Assembly: GCA_009693575.1 (NCBI GenBank)
Contig: SHWZ01000001.1
Location: 26,095 to 90,094, forward strand
Origin: Flavobacteriaceae bacterium
Lineage (GTDB): Bacteria > Bacteroidota > Bacteroidia > UKL13-3
Length of the DNA stretch: 64,000 bases
Direction of reading: 5' to 3'
Shown: positions 18,000-28,148 of the stretch, piece by piece
How positions within the stretch are numbered: position 1 is the stretch's first letter
Layout: each line of letters begins with the position of its first letter
Notes under the pieces: generated by a model
Databases searched by the model: none
Told to the model about the DNA's origin: nothing
Seen by the model: the letters and a program-made list of their open reading frames with translations, nothing else
Made by a program: the position numbers and the translations under genes

Positions 18000-18743
18000 A
18001 TGACCAATACGTACCAATTCACACCCCTCCCTGTCTTGTACAAAATAAAATGGATATTTCTATGGTTAATGATTCCGCTGGGTGGGTGGGCTCAGGTAAT
18101 GTTGGTAGGCAAGACCCTTAGGAGTAGCGACTCAAGTATAGTGGAGCAGGTAGTTGTAGTAAGGCAAAATGATTTGGTGGGTTCTTTGTCAGGCATAGAT
18201 GGTTTCTTCAGTCGAGAAGTAAGAGCCACAGATATACTTTTCTTCAAACGGGTTGGGTTTTTTGCCGACACACTTAGGGTTGCAAAGATTTACAATTTGG
18301 CTAAAGATGGTAAGCTTTATTTTACTATTTATCTGAATGAAAAACCTGTGGAACTGCCTAGCTTCAACCTCACTCGCAAAAAAACGGTGGTGATAGACAA
18401 TGCCGAAAAGCGGCAGGAGTGGAGCTTTGTTTTGGATAGACCCGTAGCAGGTGCTTCAAGCCCGCTAACAGCCATTTGGCAACAGTTTAGCAAAAAGGGA
18501 AAGGAGCTCCGGAAGTTGGAAGACTTGTTTTATGCCGACGAACAGAAACGGATCTTTGCACAACGGTTCAACAGGTTGCAAGCTTACCTGCTCACTGGAC
18601 TTGTAGATAAACAATTGGACGATTATTTAGTAAAATGCAGACCTGTGCCTGAGTTTGTATCTGTTGCAACTGACTACGAACTTATCATGTATATGAAAGG
18701 CTGCTTTGAAGATTGGAAGAAGGTGAACTTTTTGACTCACTAA
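18000..18743 (+). CDS. Hypothetical secreted protein with CarboxypepD_reg-like N-terminal domain
   Basis: Signal-peptide-like WIFLWLMIPLGGWAQV. The true start may be a TTG at about 18036. VVVVRQNDLVGSLSGIDGFFS resembles carboxypeptidase regulatory-like beta-sandwich domains. Confidence 0.4.
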   Translation: MTNTYQFTPLPVLYKIKWIFLWLMIPLGGWAQVMLVGKTLRSSDSSIVEQVVVVRQNDLVGSLSGIDGFFSREVRATDILFFKRVGFFADTLRVAKIYNLAKDGKLYFTIYLNEKPVELPSFNLTRKKTVVIDNAEKRQEWSFVLDRPVAGASSPLTAIWQQFSKKGKELRKLEDLFYADEQKRIFAQRFNRLQAYLLTGLVDKQLDDYLVKCRPVPEFVSVATDYELIMYMKGCFEDWKKVNFLTH

Positions 18744-20636
18744 TCACACCACCTTAAACTCTGTCCTTCTGTTTTTATGGCGGCCTTCATCAGTGTTGTT
18801 GTCGGCTACAGGCTTAGTATCGCCATAGCCTTTGTGACTGAGGCGGGCTGCTTCTATTCCCTGTTTTACAAGATAGTCATACACGGCCTTTGCCCTGTTT
18901 TGAGATAGAAGTTGGTTCTCCTGTTTTTTGCCTACATTATCGGTGTGTCCACTCAGTTCAATCTTCAGTTTTGGGTTTTGTTTCAATAAGGTTACCAGTT
19001 TGTCCAGTTCTATATTCGATTCTCTTTTCAGGTCAAACTTGGCGGTCTCAAAAAATACATTTTTCAGTATTACAGTACCGCCGGGTACTATTTTTTTCAA
19101 GGGTATCTCCTGTTTGATTGGTTTGTTCGGGAGTGTTTGTCCGAAAGAATAATTTTCGGAGAAAAATAGATAACCATCGTTGCCAACATTGAAGGCATAA
19201 TTGACTCCAGTTCTGAGGCAAGCCATCATCATCCCTTTGCTGTTACACATTGTTTGGTATTCGGTCTTCCCAGTTTCCAAATTAATAAGTTCCACATCGG
19301 CTTCCAATGGTTGTTTTGTATCCACATCATATACCAGCCCTGCCACGTAAGTAGTTTGTACTGGACGTTTGCTTTCAGGCATTTTGAATGTCCAAAGATC
19401 CCAATCCCCAAATCCTCCTTTGATATATCCACTTGTTAAGATTGCATCAACTCCATTTGCAGCAACACACAATGCCATTTCATCTTCATGGGTGTTTATA
19501 GGATAGCCCATATTTTCTGCTTCTGACCAAGAGCCATCTTTTTGCAACCTGCTTAGAAAAATATCGGACTTCCCCATCCCTAAATGACCTGTGCTGCTAA
19601 AATAAAGTGTTTGCCCATCGGGATGAATAAAAGGAGCTTCTTCATTTCCTGAACTGTTCACCTTCGGCCCTAAGTTCACGGGCTTCCCCCAGTGTCCGCC
19701 AGCCAGTGTACTTTTCCAGATGTCGATACCTCCAAGTCCACCGGGCATTCCACTTAAAAAATAGAGCGTGCGTCCGTCAGCCGAAATACATGGCTGCGAT
19801 TCCCAAGACTTTGAATTGATTGGATACCCAACGTTCACAGGCTTGTTCCAGGCCTCCCCATTAAAGGCTGCAAACCATATATCATTGTCATTGTTTGGTG
19901 GCGGGTTGAATTTACAGAAAAATACAAAATACCCATCAGCAGTAAAGCTTGGATAGCTTTCCTTTTCAGGGGTGTTTAGTGGTGTCCCTGCATTCTTAGC
20001 TACCCCCCAACTTCCATCAGGATTTCGTTTGGCTATCATAAATTCCTCGTCTCCACGGCTTTCTTGCCTATCGTATATCAGGGTCTTTCCATCTACTGTT
20101 ATACTAGCAAAATATTCCCTATTACTGCTGTTAATTCCAGGCCCCATATTTACTGGTTCGAAAGTCTGAGGTTGTTTCAATTGCTGAATCCCAAACTCAG
20201 CTATCTGCTGAATCCTTTTAGCTTCTTCAGTTGTGCGTGGAGAAAGCTTAAAGGCAAGAAAATGGTCAATATTTTCTTTGGCAATCAGATAGTTTCCAGA
20301 TTCAAGTGCGAGGTGTGCCAATCCATAATAAGCTTGCTGCACTTCCTTACTTATTGATAGTACTTTGGCATATACTTCTATCGCTTTCTCTGGCTGTCTA
20401 GTTTTTTCGTAAAGTTCTCCAGTCAGCATATATGCATCCACAAAGTTTGGGTCTTTTTCTAAAACCTCCACTAGTAACTTCAATGCTCCCTCAGCATCAC
20501 GTTGTTGATATTTATTAAGAGCCTCATTAAATAGCTTCTCGGCTTTCTTGTTGCTAGTGCCAATCCCGTTTTTTGGCTGACTCACCGCACACGATGTTAT
20601 CAGAAATGGTAGCAGAAGTAGTAGTATTTTTTTCAC
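18744..20636 (-). CDS. OmpA family protein with N-terminal TPR repeats and PD40/TolB-like beta-propeller repeats
   Basis: Signal/lipoprotein N-terminus MKKILLLLLPFLITSCA. TPR motifs, WD40-like PD40 repeats (TLYFSS..., DGRTLYFLSG), and a C-terminal OmpA peptidoglycan-binding domain (LSGHTDNVGKKQENQLLSQNRAKAVYDYLVKQGI...GYGDTKP). Confidence 0.8.
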   Translation of the reverse strand: MKKILLLLLPFLITSCAVSQPKNGIGTSNKKAEKLFNEALNKYQQRDAEGALKLLVEVLEKDPNFVDAYMLTGELYEKTRQPEKAIEVYAKVLSISKEVQQAYYGLAHLALESGNYLIAKENIDHFLAFKLSPRTTEEAKRIQQIAEFGIQQLKQPQTFEPVNMGPGINSSNREYFASITVDGKTLIYDRQESRGDEEFMIAKRNPDGSWGVAKNAGTPLNTPEKESYPSFTADGYFVFFCKFNPPPNNDNDIWFAAFNGEAWNKPVNVGYPINSKSWESQPCISADGRTLYFLSGMPGGLGGIDIWKSTLAGGHWGKPVNLGPKVNSSGNEEAPFIHPDGQTLYFSSTGHLGMGKSDIFLSRLQKDGSWSEAENMGYPINTHEDEMALCVAANGVDAILTSGYIKGGFGDWDLWTFKMPESKRPVQTTYVAGLVYDVDTKQPLEADVELINLETGKTEYQTMCNSKGMMMACLRTGVNYAFNVGNDGYLFFSENYSFGQTLPNKPIKQEIPLKKIVPGGTVILKNVFFETAKFDLKRESNIELDKLVTLLKQNPKLKIELSGHTDNVGKKQENQLLSQNRAKAVYDYLVKQGIEAARLSHKGYGDTKPVADNNTDEGRHKNRRTEFKVV

Positions 20637-20693
20637 AATGGGAATTAATTTTCGTCACAGATTTACCAATAGCGTAAATCGTATTTCGTAACG

Positions 20694-21740
20694 CTAGAAG
20701 TTACATTCACTATTGAGCCTTTCCGACACAGCCAAGTATATTATTTCGTTGATGAAAGAAATATTTTCAGCATTTAAATTATTTCCGAACGCACTCCATT
20801 TCATCCAGTACATGGGGTCACTCATCACATAAGTTCCACCCATTTGCGAAGCATCAAACGTTGGACAAAAAGCATCTAATGTAACCTTTTGGAACTTATT
20901 AATTGGGTCATTGACCATCCTCAATGAGAATCCAAAGCCATTGATGGAATCATATGAAAACGGGTCGTACACTACTGTTTGATAATCGTATTCACGGTGG
21001 GCAGTATCCTGTATCACTGTCACAGTTCGTCCCTGTTTGAACTTCTCATCCAATTCCTTCCCTGCATATTTTGATTTGTAATCGTGTAGGCTGTAAGTCT
21101 GTACTTTTCCAAGCGAAGGCAGATTCCAAAGCTCACTTTTAAAGTTGAACGATTTCCATTTTTGGTTCATAAAGCTTTGTCTGTCCAGCAGCTTACCATT
21201 GGCGGTGTTCTTTGTCAAGAATTCCCATTGGTATTCCCCGAATAAGTTTTTCAAATCGACGGCTTTGCAAAAGCCAAGTAGTTCACCTTTGCCCGTACTA
21301 TCGTCTTTTGGTTTTTGGTAATAGATGCAATAGGTTTCAAGGTTTATTTTTTGGTAGCCCCAAATCCATGACCATTCCATTACTACAGGCATTGCAGTGT
21401 CTATCATTACGTATTTATCATCCTTTTGCACTTCCACCTGAGTCTTCACTTTGTAACTCCCTACTTTAATAAAATCTTCTGCCGAGATTGCCTTTTCCAA
21501 TTTTTCGTTTTTGAAATCTTTGTATAGCTGGAAATGGCGATTTCTTCCGTTGTCGAATACCCTTCGGGCCATGTCGTTCATCACGTTCATGTAAAGGCGT
21601 CCAGCAATTCGCTTGTTAATAATTATTGGGGCATTTTCCTGAGCAAATACTAAAGTTGGAAGCAGCAGGATAAAGAGGATTTTGACTATTTTTTGCATAA
21701 GAGAAGTACGTTTTAGTTTGCTTGACAAAAATACTGCCAC
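20694..21740 (-). CDS. Hypothetical secreted protein (possible gliding-motility GldN-like family member, low confidence)
   Basis: 348 aa, signal peptide LLLPTLVFAQ. Trp/Tyr-rich beta-type composition. No catalytic motif recognised. Not placed in a gldKLMN context. Confidence 0.45.
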   Translation of the reverse strand: MAVFLSSKLKRTSLMQKIVKILFILLLPTLVFAQENAPIIINKRIAGRLYMNVMNDMARRVFDNGRNRHFQLYKDFKNEKLEKAISAEDFIKVGSYKVKTQVEVQKDDKYVMIDTAMPVVMEWSWIWGYQKINLETYCIYYQKPKDDSTGKGELLGFCKAVDLKNLFGEYQWEFLTKNTANGKLLDRQSFMNQKWKSFNFKSELWNLPSLGKVQTYSLHDYKSKYAGKELDEKFKQGRTVTVIQDTAHREYDYQTVVYDPFSYDSINGFGFSLRMVNDPINKFQKVTLDAFCPTFDASQMGGTYVMSDPMYWMKWSAFGNNLNAENISFINEIIYLAVSERLNSECNF

Positions 21741-22724
21741 TTATGCCTCGATAGAATTCAAGGCTTCTTGCAGCAATTTTTCTTTGTTTATCGGCACTAC
21801 GCCAATCTCTTCGCACACTATGCCGCCTGCCAAGTTGCTTAGGTAAGCAATCTCACGAATTGGCAGACTACTGGCAAGGCAAAGAGCTGCTACACTCACT
21901 ACCGAATCACCCGCCCCCGACACATCGGCTATGTGACGAATATGGGCTGGCAGGTGGTGCTTTTGCGTATCGTCGCTGATGTAGATGCCATGCTCCGAAA
22001 GGGTGACCATAGATATATCGTGGCCAAGCTGCTTCTTGAGTTCGGCCAGAGCAGCATCAATATTTTCAGTCGTGGGATTCAGTTCCAACAGTTTCAGGCC
22101 TTCTTGCAATTCTTTCAGGTTGGGCTTGAAAATGGTGGCCTGTTTATAGTTCAGAAAATTACGTTTCTTGGGGTCAACAATGGTAGGAATGTTCCGTTTG
22201 TTGGCCTCTGCTATCATGGTGCTGATAAGTTTCTCAGTCAAAACGCCTTTGTCATAATCAGAAAAAATAACCACGTTGATTCCTTCTAACAACTCAGGAA
22301 TTTTATCACAGAAAAGCTGCTCTGCCTCGGCATCCAATGGTTGTGTCACTTCTTGGTCAATTCGTAGCATCTGATGGTTGTTGCCTATCACACGTGTCTT
22401 CACAGTGGTGATGCGACTTTTGCTCTTCACAATGCCTTTATCGGTAAGGTTGTTTTGTTTCAATAGCTCCAAAAACATGGCTGACTCTGCATCCTCGCCC
22501 ACCACCGAGCAAAGCACAGCATCAGCCCCCATTGATTTTACATTCAGTGCCACGTTGGCCGCACCACCCAAACGGTTTTCTTTTCGTTGCAAAGCCACCA
22601 CCGGCACAGGAGCTTCGGGTGATATGCGGTCCACTTTGCCAAAGTAGTAGGCATCCACCATCACATCGCCCACCACAAGGACTTTGAGTTTGCTAAATGA
22701 GTCGAATATTTCGGAGTAGTTCAA
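21741..22724 (-). CDS. D-glycero-beta-D-manno-heptose-7-phosphate kinase (RfaE/HldE domain I, PfkB carbohydrate kinase)
   Basis: N-terminus KVLVVGDVMVDAYYFGKVDRISPEAPVPVV is typical of HldE domain I. PfkB-family C-terminal DxSGAGD motif (ADVSGAGDSV). 327 aa, so the kinase domain only. Confidence 0.75.
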   Translation of the reverse strand: MNYSEIFDSFSKLKVLVVGDVMVDAYYFGKVDRISPEAPVPVVALQRKENRLGGAANVALNVKSMGADAVLCSVVGEDAESAMFLELLKQNNLTDKGIVKSKSRITTVKTRVIGNNHQMLRIDQEVTQPLDAEAEQLFCDKIPELLEGINVVIFSDYDKGVLTEKLISTMIAEANKRNIPTIVDPKKRNFLNYKQATIFKPNLKELQEGLKLLELNPTTENIDAALAELKKQLGHDISMVTLSEHGIYISDDTQKHHLPAHIRHIADVSGAGDSVVSVAALCLASSLPIREIAYLSNLAGGIVCEEIGVVPINKEKLLQEALNSIEA

Positions 22725-22846
22725 AGTTGATTAGGAAATTTGGTGATGTGATGATTTAGAAATGTATTAAGACTAAAATAGTAGGACTGAGGAATATTTA
22801 TTTACTGAATTTACACATCGTACTTTGTAATTCCAACCTTATAATT

Positions 22847-24040
22847 CTACCTCAACTTCTCCAACACCTCCTTTATTCGCCCTAAAGCCTCCACTAATTT
22901 TTCATCGGCGGCGGCATAGCTGAAGCGGATACAGTTGGGGTTGCCAAATGCTTCGCCGGGCACAAGGGATACGAAGCCATTGTTAAGGATATACATACAA
23001 AGGTCTTCTGCATTATTGATAGTGTTCGTTCCGTCTGTTTTGCCAAAATACCAGCTCACATCAGGGAATACATAGAAAGCCCCGCCTGGTATGTATGTTT
23101 TGAATCCAGGAAGATCATCCATTAGTCCAAGCACAAGGTCACGCCTCCGCAGGTAGGCATCACGCATGTCAAACGTGGGTTTCATATCTCCACTGATGGC
23201 AGCTATGGCCGCACGTTGGGCAATGCTCACGGCCCCACTAGTGAATTGCCCCTGAATCTTTTCGCAGCCTTGGGCTATTTCTTTGCTCGCACCGATGTAC
23301 CCAATCCGCCAGCCAGTCATAGCGAAGCCTTTGGAAACACCATTCACCACAATCACCCGGTCGCGAATGCTTTCAAATTGTGCTATGCTTTCGTGCTTGC
23401 CTACAAAGTTGATGTATTCGTAAATTTCGTCAGAAATAATATAGATGCTAGGATGCCTTTCAAAAACAGCGGCCAAACCTGCCAATTCTTCTTTGGTGTA
23501 TAGTGTTCCTGTGGGATTGGACGGAGAGGAGAAGATAAACAGGCTCGTCTTGGGTGTGATGGCGGCCTCCAATTGTTCGGGGGTAATCTTGAAGCCAGAT
23601 TCAACCGTGGAGTGCACATGCACAGGCACACCTTCTGCCAACTGAATCATGGCTGAATAGCTTACCCAGTATGGTGTAGGAATGATACATTCGTCGCCGG
23701 GATTGATCGTGCAAAGCACCACATTCATGATACTGTGTTTAGCACCTACTGACACTACAACTTGGTCAGGGGCAAAATCGAGGTTATTGTCACGCTTGAA
23801 CTTGGCCGAAATAGCCTGCTTCAGTTCGGGGTAGCCTGCCACGGGGGTATAAAAAGTAAAGCCTTCATCGATGGCGGCTTTGGCTGCATCCTTTATGTGT
23901 TGGGGTGTTTGAAAATCAGGTTCACCAAAACTAAGGTTGATTACGTCGTGGCCTTTGGCGGCCAATTCACGCCCCAGTTTGGCCATGCCAATGGTTTGTG
24001 ACTCGCTGAAACGGTTGAGCCTAGCTGCTAAATGGAGCAT
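22847..24040 (-). CDS. Class I/II pyridoxal-phosphate aminotransferase (aspartate aminotransferase family)
   Basis: 397 aa. PLP-lysine motif SKGFAMTGWRIGY and N-terminal LNRFSESQTIGMAKLGRELAAKGHDVINLSFGEPDF, typical of AspAT. Confidence 0.85.
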   Translation of the reverse strand: MLHLAARLNRFSESQTIGMAKLGRELAAKGHDVINLSFGEPDFQTPQHIKDAAKAAIDEGFTFYTPVAGYPELKQAISAKFKRDNNLDFAPDQVVVSVGAKHSIMNVVLCTINPGDECIIPTPYWVSYSAMIQLAEGVPVHVHSTVESGFKITPEQLEAAITPKTSLFIFSSPSNPTGTLYTKEELAGLAAVFERHPSIYIISDEIYEYINFVGKHESIAQFESIRDRVIVVNGVSKGFAMTGWRIGYIGASKEIAQGCEKIQGQFTSGAVSIAQRAAIAAISGDMKPTFDMRDAYLRRRDLVLGLMDDLPGFKTYIPGGAFYVFPDVSWYFGKTDGTNTINNAEDLCMYILNNGFVSLVPGEAFGNPNCIRFSYAAADEKLVEALGRIKEVLEKLR

Positions 24041-24183
24041 ATTTTTCGGGTTATCAATAAGCCTGCGAATATAGGCAGACCGCAGTTTTGGGCATGGATA
24101 AAATATGGTTTTGGGTTGGTAATGAAAATTTCACAGCCAATATTCCCAAAAATATCCCTTCTTTGCACCTCAAAAGTAAGTAA

Positions 24184-25722
24184 GTGAAAGGTGTAGCCCA
24201 AGCATTTGCCCCCATAGTGATAGCCCTAGCTGGGGCCTCACTTTTGCTTGCATTTGCAGGAGGTTATCCGTTACTTCCTTTTTTTGAAACAAGCTCTGCC
24301 GTTGCAGCTAAAGCGATGTCCAACTTTGGTAGTTTTCCTTTTGTTACCAATGGTTTAGTACACTCGTTTGAGTATCATCCATTGCCTATTTGGTTGCAGG
24401 CTCTGGGCATCCATTTCTTTGGTGTCAATGAGTTTGCGGTGCGAATGCCTATGATTGTTTGCAGCATATTTATGTTGCTTTCGGCTTATGTTATTGGCAG
24501 CCGTCATTTTGGAGCCGATGTTGGTTTTTGGTGGGTGGCCTGCTTGCTTTCATGTACCTTTGTGTTGCCGCTGCTCAAAACTGCCGAAACCGGATTTATC
24601 GGAGCCTATTTTGCTTTTTTGGCTGTGTATAGGGTTTCACTAGGAGCCTATAGAAGCAGAAAAACATCCAGTTTCCTCTTGGCTGGCATTTTTGCTGGAT
24701 TGGCAGGGCTGTCGGGAGGGTTACAATTCCTCATTTTTATCTATGCCATCATTTTGCTCTATTGGGTTCTCGACCGCTTTCGCAGCCTCACCAACCTTTC
24801 TGATTTTTTGATGTTCATTACCCTTTCTTTGGTCATGGTTTTGGGATATCCCATTTTTGAAATTATCACCTTCAACGATATCAGCTTCAGTTCATGGATT
24901 CAAACACAGTTTCAGGATATTTCTTTTTCAATTGAAACCATAAAATCAGTTCCTTTCATTGTGTTTGTTGGGGGCTTTCCTGCTGTGCTGTTTATCTTTG
25001 GGGCTGGTGGTATTCACACTCGCGATAATGTGGAGCAGCGACATATCAAACGTTGGCTATTGTATGTGTTCTACTTTTCTATTTTTCTAATTTTTGTTAG
25101 TAATTATTTCTTTTTTACCTTGGCCATCTCAGGCACATTTCTTTCAGCCTATTGTATGGAAAAATTCATACACCGCCACTTGGTCTGGAATAGGAGTTTT
25201 ACCCATTTTGTCATGTTGATTGGAGGTATGTTGGCCACATGTATGTTTTTATTGGGTGTTGTTGGTGGCTTTGGTAACGAAGTAAAGGAAAATTTAGGCA
25301 TCATACTTCCCAATATGGACATGCCGGGTTGGTATATGTTTCCGGGCATTGGTGTTGGGTTAGTGGTGGTTGTTTCCTGTTTCTTTTTGTATAAAAAAAA
25401 CTTGCAAGCAGGCCTGTCAATTTTGTTGCTAGGAACTATTGCTTGCAACACCGTTTTCGTATCTTCGGTCGGCGTGCAGTTGGCCAATGCACACACCGGG
25501 CCTATTGCCAATTTTTGCAAAGCAAACCCAGCGGCAAACATTATTGGCATAACCTTGGACAATAACCTTATTCAGTTTTACCAAGAAAAAAAGTATGTGA
25601 AGGCCACAGTTTCTTACACTATTGTCCCACTGAGTATGGCTGCATCTTACGCAAAGGTTTCGCCTTGGTACAAAGAGCTTTTTATGGAAGGTGAATATGT
25701 GTTTTTTGAGCGGTTGAAGTAG
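24184..25722 (+). CDS. Polytopic membrane protein (possible GT-C/ArnT-like glycosyltransferase or DUF), GTG start
   Basis: 512 aa with about 12 hydrophobic segments. No soluble catalytic motif recognised. Confidence 0.45.
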   Translation: MKGVAQAFAPIVIALAGASLLLAFAGGYPLLPFFETSSAVAAKAMSNFGSFPFVTNGLVHSFEYHPLPIWLQALGIHFFGVNEFAVRMPMIVCSIFMLLSAYVIGSRHFGADVGFWWVACLLSCTFVLPLLKTAETGFIGAYFAFLAVYRVSLGAYRSRKTSSFLLAGIFAGLAGLSGGLQFLIFIYAIILLYWVLDRFRSLTNLSDFLMFITLSLVMVLGYPIFEIITFNDISFSSWIQTQFQDISFSIETIKSVPFIVFVGGFPAVLFIFGAGGIHTRDNVEQRHIKRWLLYVFYFSIFLIFVSNYFFFTLAISGTFLSAYCMEKFIHRHLVWNRSFTHFVMLIGGMLATCMFLLGVVGGFGNEVKENLGIILPNMDMPGWYMFPGIGVGLVVVVSCFFLYKKNLQAGLSILLLGTIACNTVFVSSVGVQLANAHTGPIANFCKANPAANIIGITLDNNLIQFYQEKKYVKATVSYTIVPLSMAASYAKVSPWYKELFMEGEYVFFERLK

Positions 25723-25725
25723 TTT

Positions 25726-26508
25726 TTATATTTCAATTTCGCCTTCAAAAATAAACTCGGCAGGTCCTTCTAAAACTATTGTACTGTACTGGCCTTCTTT
25801 GCAGGTGAAATGGACTTTTAATGAACCGCCGAGTGTATCGACAAGGATCACAAAATTTCCGTTTGATTTTATGTTTTTAGCATGGTGGGCAATTGCTGCA
25901 GCTGTGACACCAGTGCCGCAAGACAAGGTTTCATCTTCCACACCGCGTTCGTAGGTGCGAACATATATTCCGTTAGAAGTTTGCCCAACAAAATTCACAT
26001 TTATTCCTTCGGTTTTGTAGGTATCGTTGTTACGAATATTTCTTCCTTCGGTTTTTACATCCTCAGATTGAATGGCATCCACAAACAATACATAATGTGG
26101 TGAGCCAGTATTCAAAATAAATACATCTTCCTCTATTAAGATGTTAGAGACATTGTTCATACCTAGCTGCACGTTTCCATTTCTGAGCTTTGCACGGTGA
26201 CTTCCATCGGTTGCCACAAAATTGCATAAGCCGTCCACTACTTTCATTTCATTTGCAAATTTCACTATACACCGTCCTCCATTCCCACACATGCTGCTCA
26301 GTTTTCCATCGGCATTATAATATACCATTTTGAAGTCTGCACCACGGGCATCCTCCAGTAGCATCATCCCATCGGCCCCTACCCCGAAGCGGCGGTCGCA
26401 TATTTTTTTTATCTGAGCTGCCGTTAGCTTCCCTACCTCACCATTGCGGTTGTCGAGTATCACAAAGTCGTTGCCTGTGCCTTGGTATTTGTAGAATTTT
26501 AGTTTCAT
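25726..26508 (-). CDS. dapF: Diaminopimelate epimerase
   Basis: MKLKFYKYQGTGNDFVILD N-terminus. Both catalytic Cys motifs present (CGNGGRC and SCGTG). Confidence 0.9.
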   Translation of the reverse strand: MKLKFYKYQGTGNDFVILDNRNGEVGKLTAAQIKKICDRRFGVGADGMMLLEDARGADFKMVYYNADGKLSSMCGNGGRCIVKFANEMKVVDGLCNFVATDGSHRAKLRNGNVQLGMNNVSNILIEEDVFILNTGSPHYVLFVDAIQSEDVKTEGRNIRNNDTYKTEGINVNFVGQTSNGIYVRTYERGVEDETLSCGTGVTAAAIAHHAKNIKSNGNFVILVDTLGGSLKVHFTCKEGQYSTIVLEGPAEFIFEGEIEI

Positions 26509-27473
26509 TCGCTAATAAGTAATTGAATAATTCGTTTGTCAGTTTCGGGCCAATAACTGTTGTAGTGGTCTTCTTTTGCAAGTAGAAAAACCTGTTCATT
26601 GATCACTAAATATAGGTTTTCTTTGTAATATTTGAACTTTGCTTTATTGGGCTGTACCACCCCGAAAAGTTGTACTTTTTTACCATTATACCTGTAGCCC
26701 CTGTAGTTTATTGGAGATTTCCATATTTCCACTTGCAAGGGTTTCATTACATCCGACTTTTTATACGATTGAGTCTTCTCTGGGGATGAAATCTTTGTAT
26801 CCTTTTTCTTGGCAGTATATCCATTTGCACTTGCAGGTTTTTGCTCAGCGTCCATCATGGCCAAATCTTCCAATATCAAGGCTGTAAATGTGGTATCAAG
26901 GAGAAGGTAGTCTTCCTGCACTTTGAATTCATCAGCTGCTTTGCCATATTCCATTACATCCGATTGAGTCAAAGCAGGCGTTTGTTGATTTTCGGGTGCT
27001 GTTGGCCGAGTAATTTCCATTTCTTGTTTGGCCAACAGTTCATCTTCAGTCATATCACTTTCAGACAATTGGTTTGAAGTGACGCCGGTTTGTGGTGGTG
27101 TTGCAGGCAGTCCATTGGCTGAAGCTGGGTCATTCATTGTTTGTTCTTTCACTTTAGCTGACTCCGTTTCCATTTTTGGCTTTTCCTTTTTAAGATAATG
27201 ATAAGCCAGCTCCGGTTTAGGGAAATAAAACTCAACCATGGCCCATGAAACTGCCAGCAGAATGACAGAAGCTGCGGCACTGTATATAAAAATACTCTGC
27301 CACATTCCCAACTTTTTGTCGCGGGGGGCATTCTTCCGCAAATAATCACGAAGCTCTAGTTCCCGTTGCTGCTTGATGATCTGTATGGCCAGCTTTCGTA
27401 ATGAAAAAGCTTCAGCCAATTCTGTATCCACAGTAAGCTTGTGTTCAAACAATCCCTTGTCAAACTGGCCCAT
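26505..27473 (-). CDS. Hypothetical membrane-anchored protein, putative anti-sigma factor
   Basis: Directly downstream of the ECF sigma gene; start overlaps dapF by 4 nt. Single TM helix WQSIFIYSAAASVILLAVSWAMV, then a low-complexity Thr/Pro/Gln-rich linker and a C-terminal domain. Confidence 0.4.
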   Translation of the reverse strand: MGQFDKGLFEHKLTVDTELAEAFSLRKLAIQIIKQQRELELRDYLRKNAPRDKKLGMWQSIFIYSAAASVILLAVSWAMVEFYFPKPELAYHYLKKEKPKMETESAKVKEQTMNDPASANGLPATPPQTGVTSNQLSESDMTEDELLAKQEMEITRPTAPENQQTPALTQSDVMEYGKAADEFKVQEDYLLLDTTFTALILEDLAMMDAEQKPASANGYTAKKKDTKISSPEKTQSYKKSDVMKPLQVEIWKSPINYRGYRYNGKKVQLFGVVQPNKAKFKYYKENLYLVINEQVFLLAKEDHYNSYWPETDKRIIQLLISE

Positions 27474-27539
27474 CTGCCCGGTGAGGTAGCGGTCTATTTC
27501 TTCGTTATGTGGGTCTTGCTTTTCGATGACTTGGGTTGA

Positions 27540-28103
27540 TTAAAGAAGGTCTTGTTTGGTATATTTGGCTTTCACTATTGCTTCCAGTTTTTTCATACAC
27601 TGATATTTTTTGGCCTTGGCCGTATCTGAGTTGGCAAAATCCATAAGTTTGGCTATCTTATCCATGGCGAATCCATCAAAATAAAAATATCCCAACAGTT
27701 GTTTGCAGGTTTGGCCAATTTCGTCCATGCAGACTCGCACCAGTTTCATGTCCATCCGTTCACCATGTTCTTCCACTTGCACGGTTAGTTTACTGTCATC
27801 ATCCATCAGCACCAGGCGTCCATTCTTGCGAAGTCTTGCCAGCCAAAGGTTTCTAGCTACAGCATATACAAAGGTTGTGAGCTTGGCCGAAAGCTTGAAC
27901 TCGGGTTCAATCACTTTTTGCCAAGTGATAATGAGGGATTCTTGTAGCATGTCTTCCGCGTCCATCTCGTTACCCTGGTTTTTCAATATTAGGTTCCGAA
28001 CGCTTTCTTTGCTCATTTTGTACAACCGCAACAAAGCCGCCTGCCGTCCTGAGCGTATCATGCTGATAAGCTCGTCGTCGCTTAGCTGTTTGTTGTCAAT
28101 CAT
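27540..28103 (-). CDS. RNA polymerase sigma-70 family ECF-type sigma factor
   Basis: 187 aa. Region 2 (ESVRNLILKNQGNEMDAEDMLQESLIITWQKV) and region 4 HTH (DGFAMDKIAKLMDFANSDTAKAKKYQCMKKL). Confidence 0.75.
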   Translation of the reverse strand: MIDNKQLSDDELISMIRSGRQAALLRLYKMSKESVRNLILKNQGNEMDAEDMLQESLIITWQKVIEPEFKLSAKLTTFVYAVARNLWLARLRKNGRLVLMDDDSKLTVQVEEHGERMDMKLVRVCMDEIGQTCKQLLGYFYFDGFAMDKIAKLMDFANSDTAKAKKYQCMKKLEAIVKAKYTKQDLL

Positions 28104-28148
28104 GGCTTTATTGCTTGAAATTGGAATTGGTAAAACCCTGCCGCAAAA

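Noticed and set aside
20694-21740. Calling the 348-aa secreted protein GldN
   Set aside because: Only a vague compositional resemblance. It is not in a gldK-L-M-N context and no conserved motif could be verified by eye, so it is kept as hypothetical.
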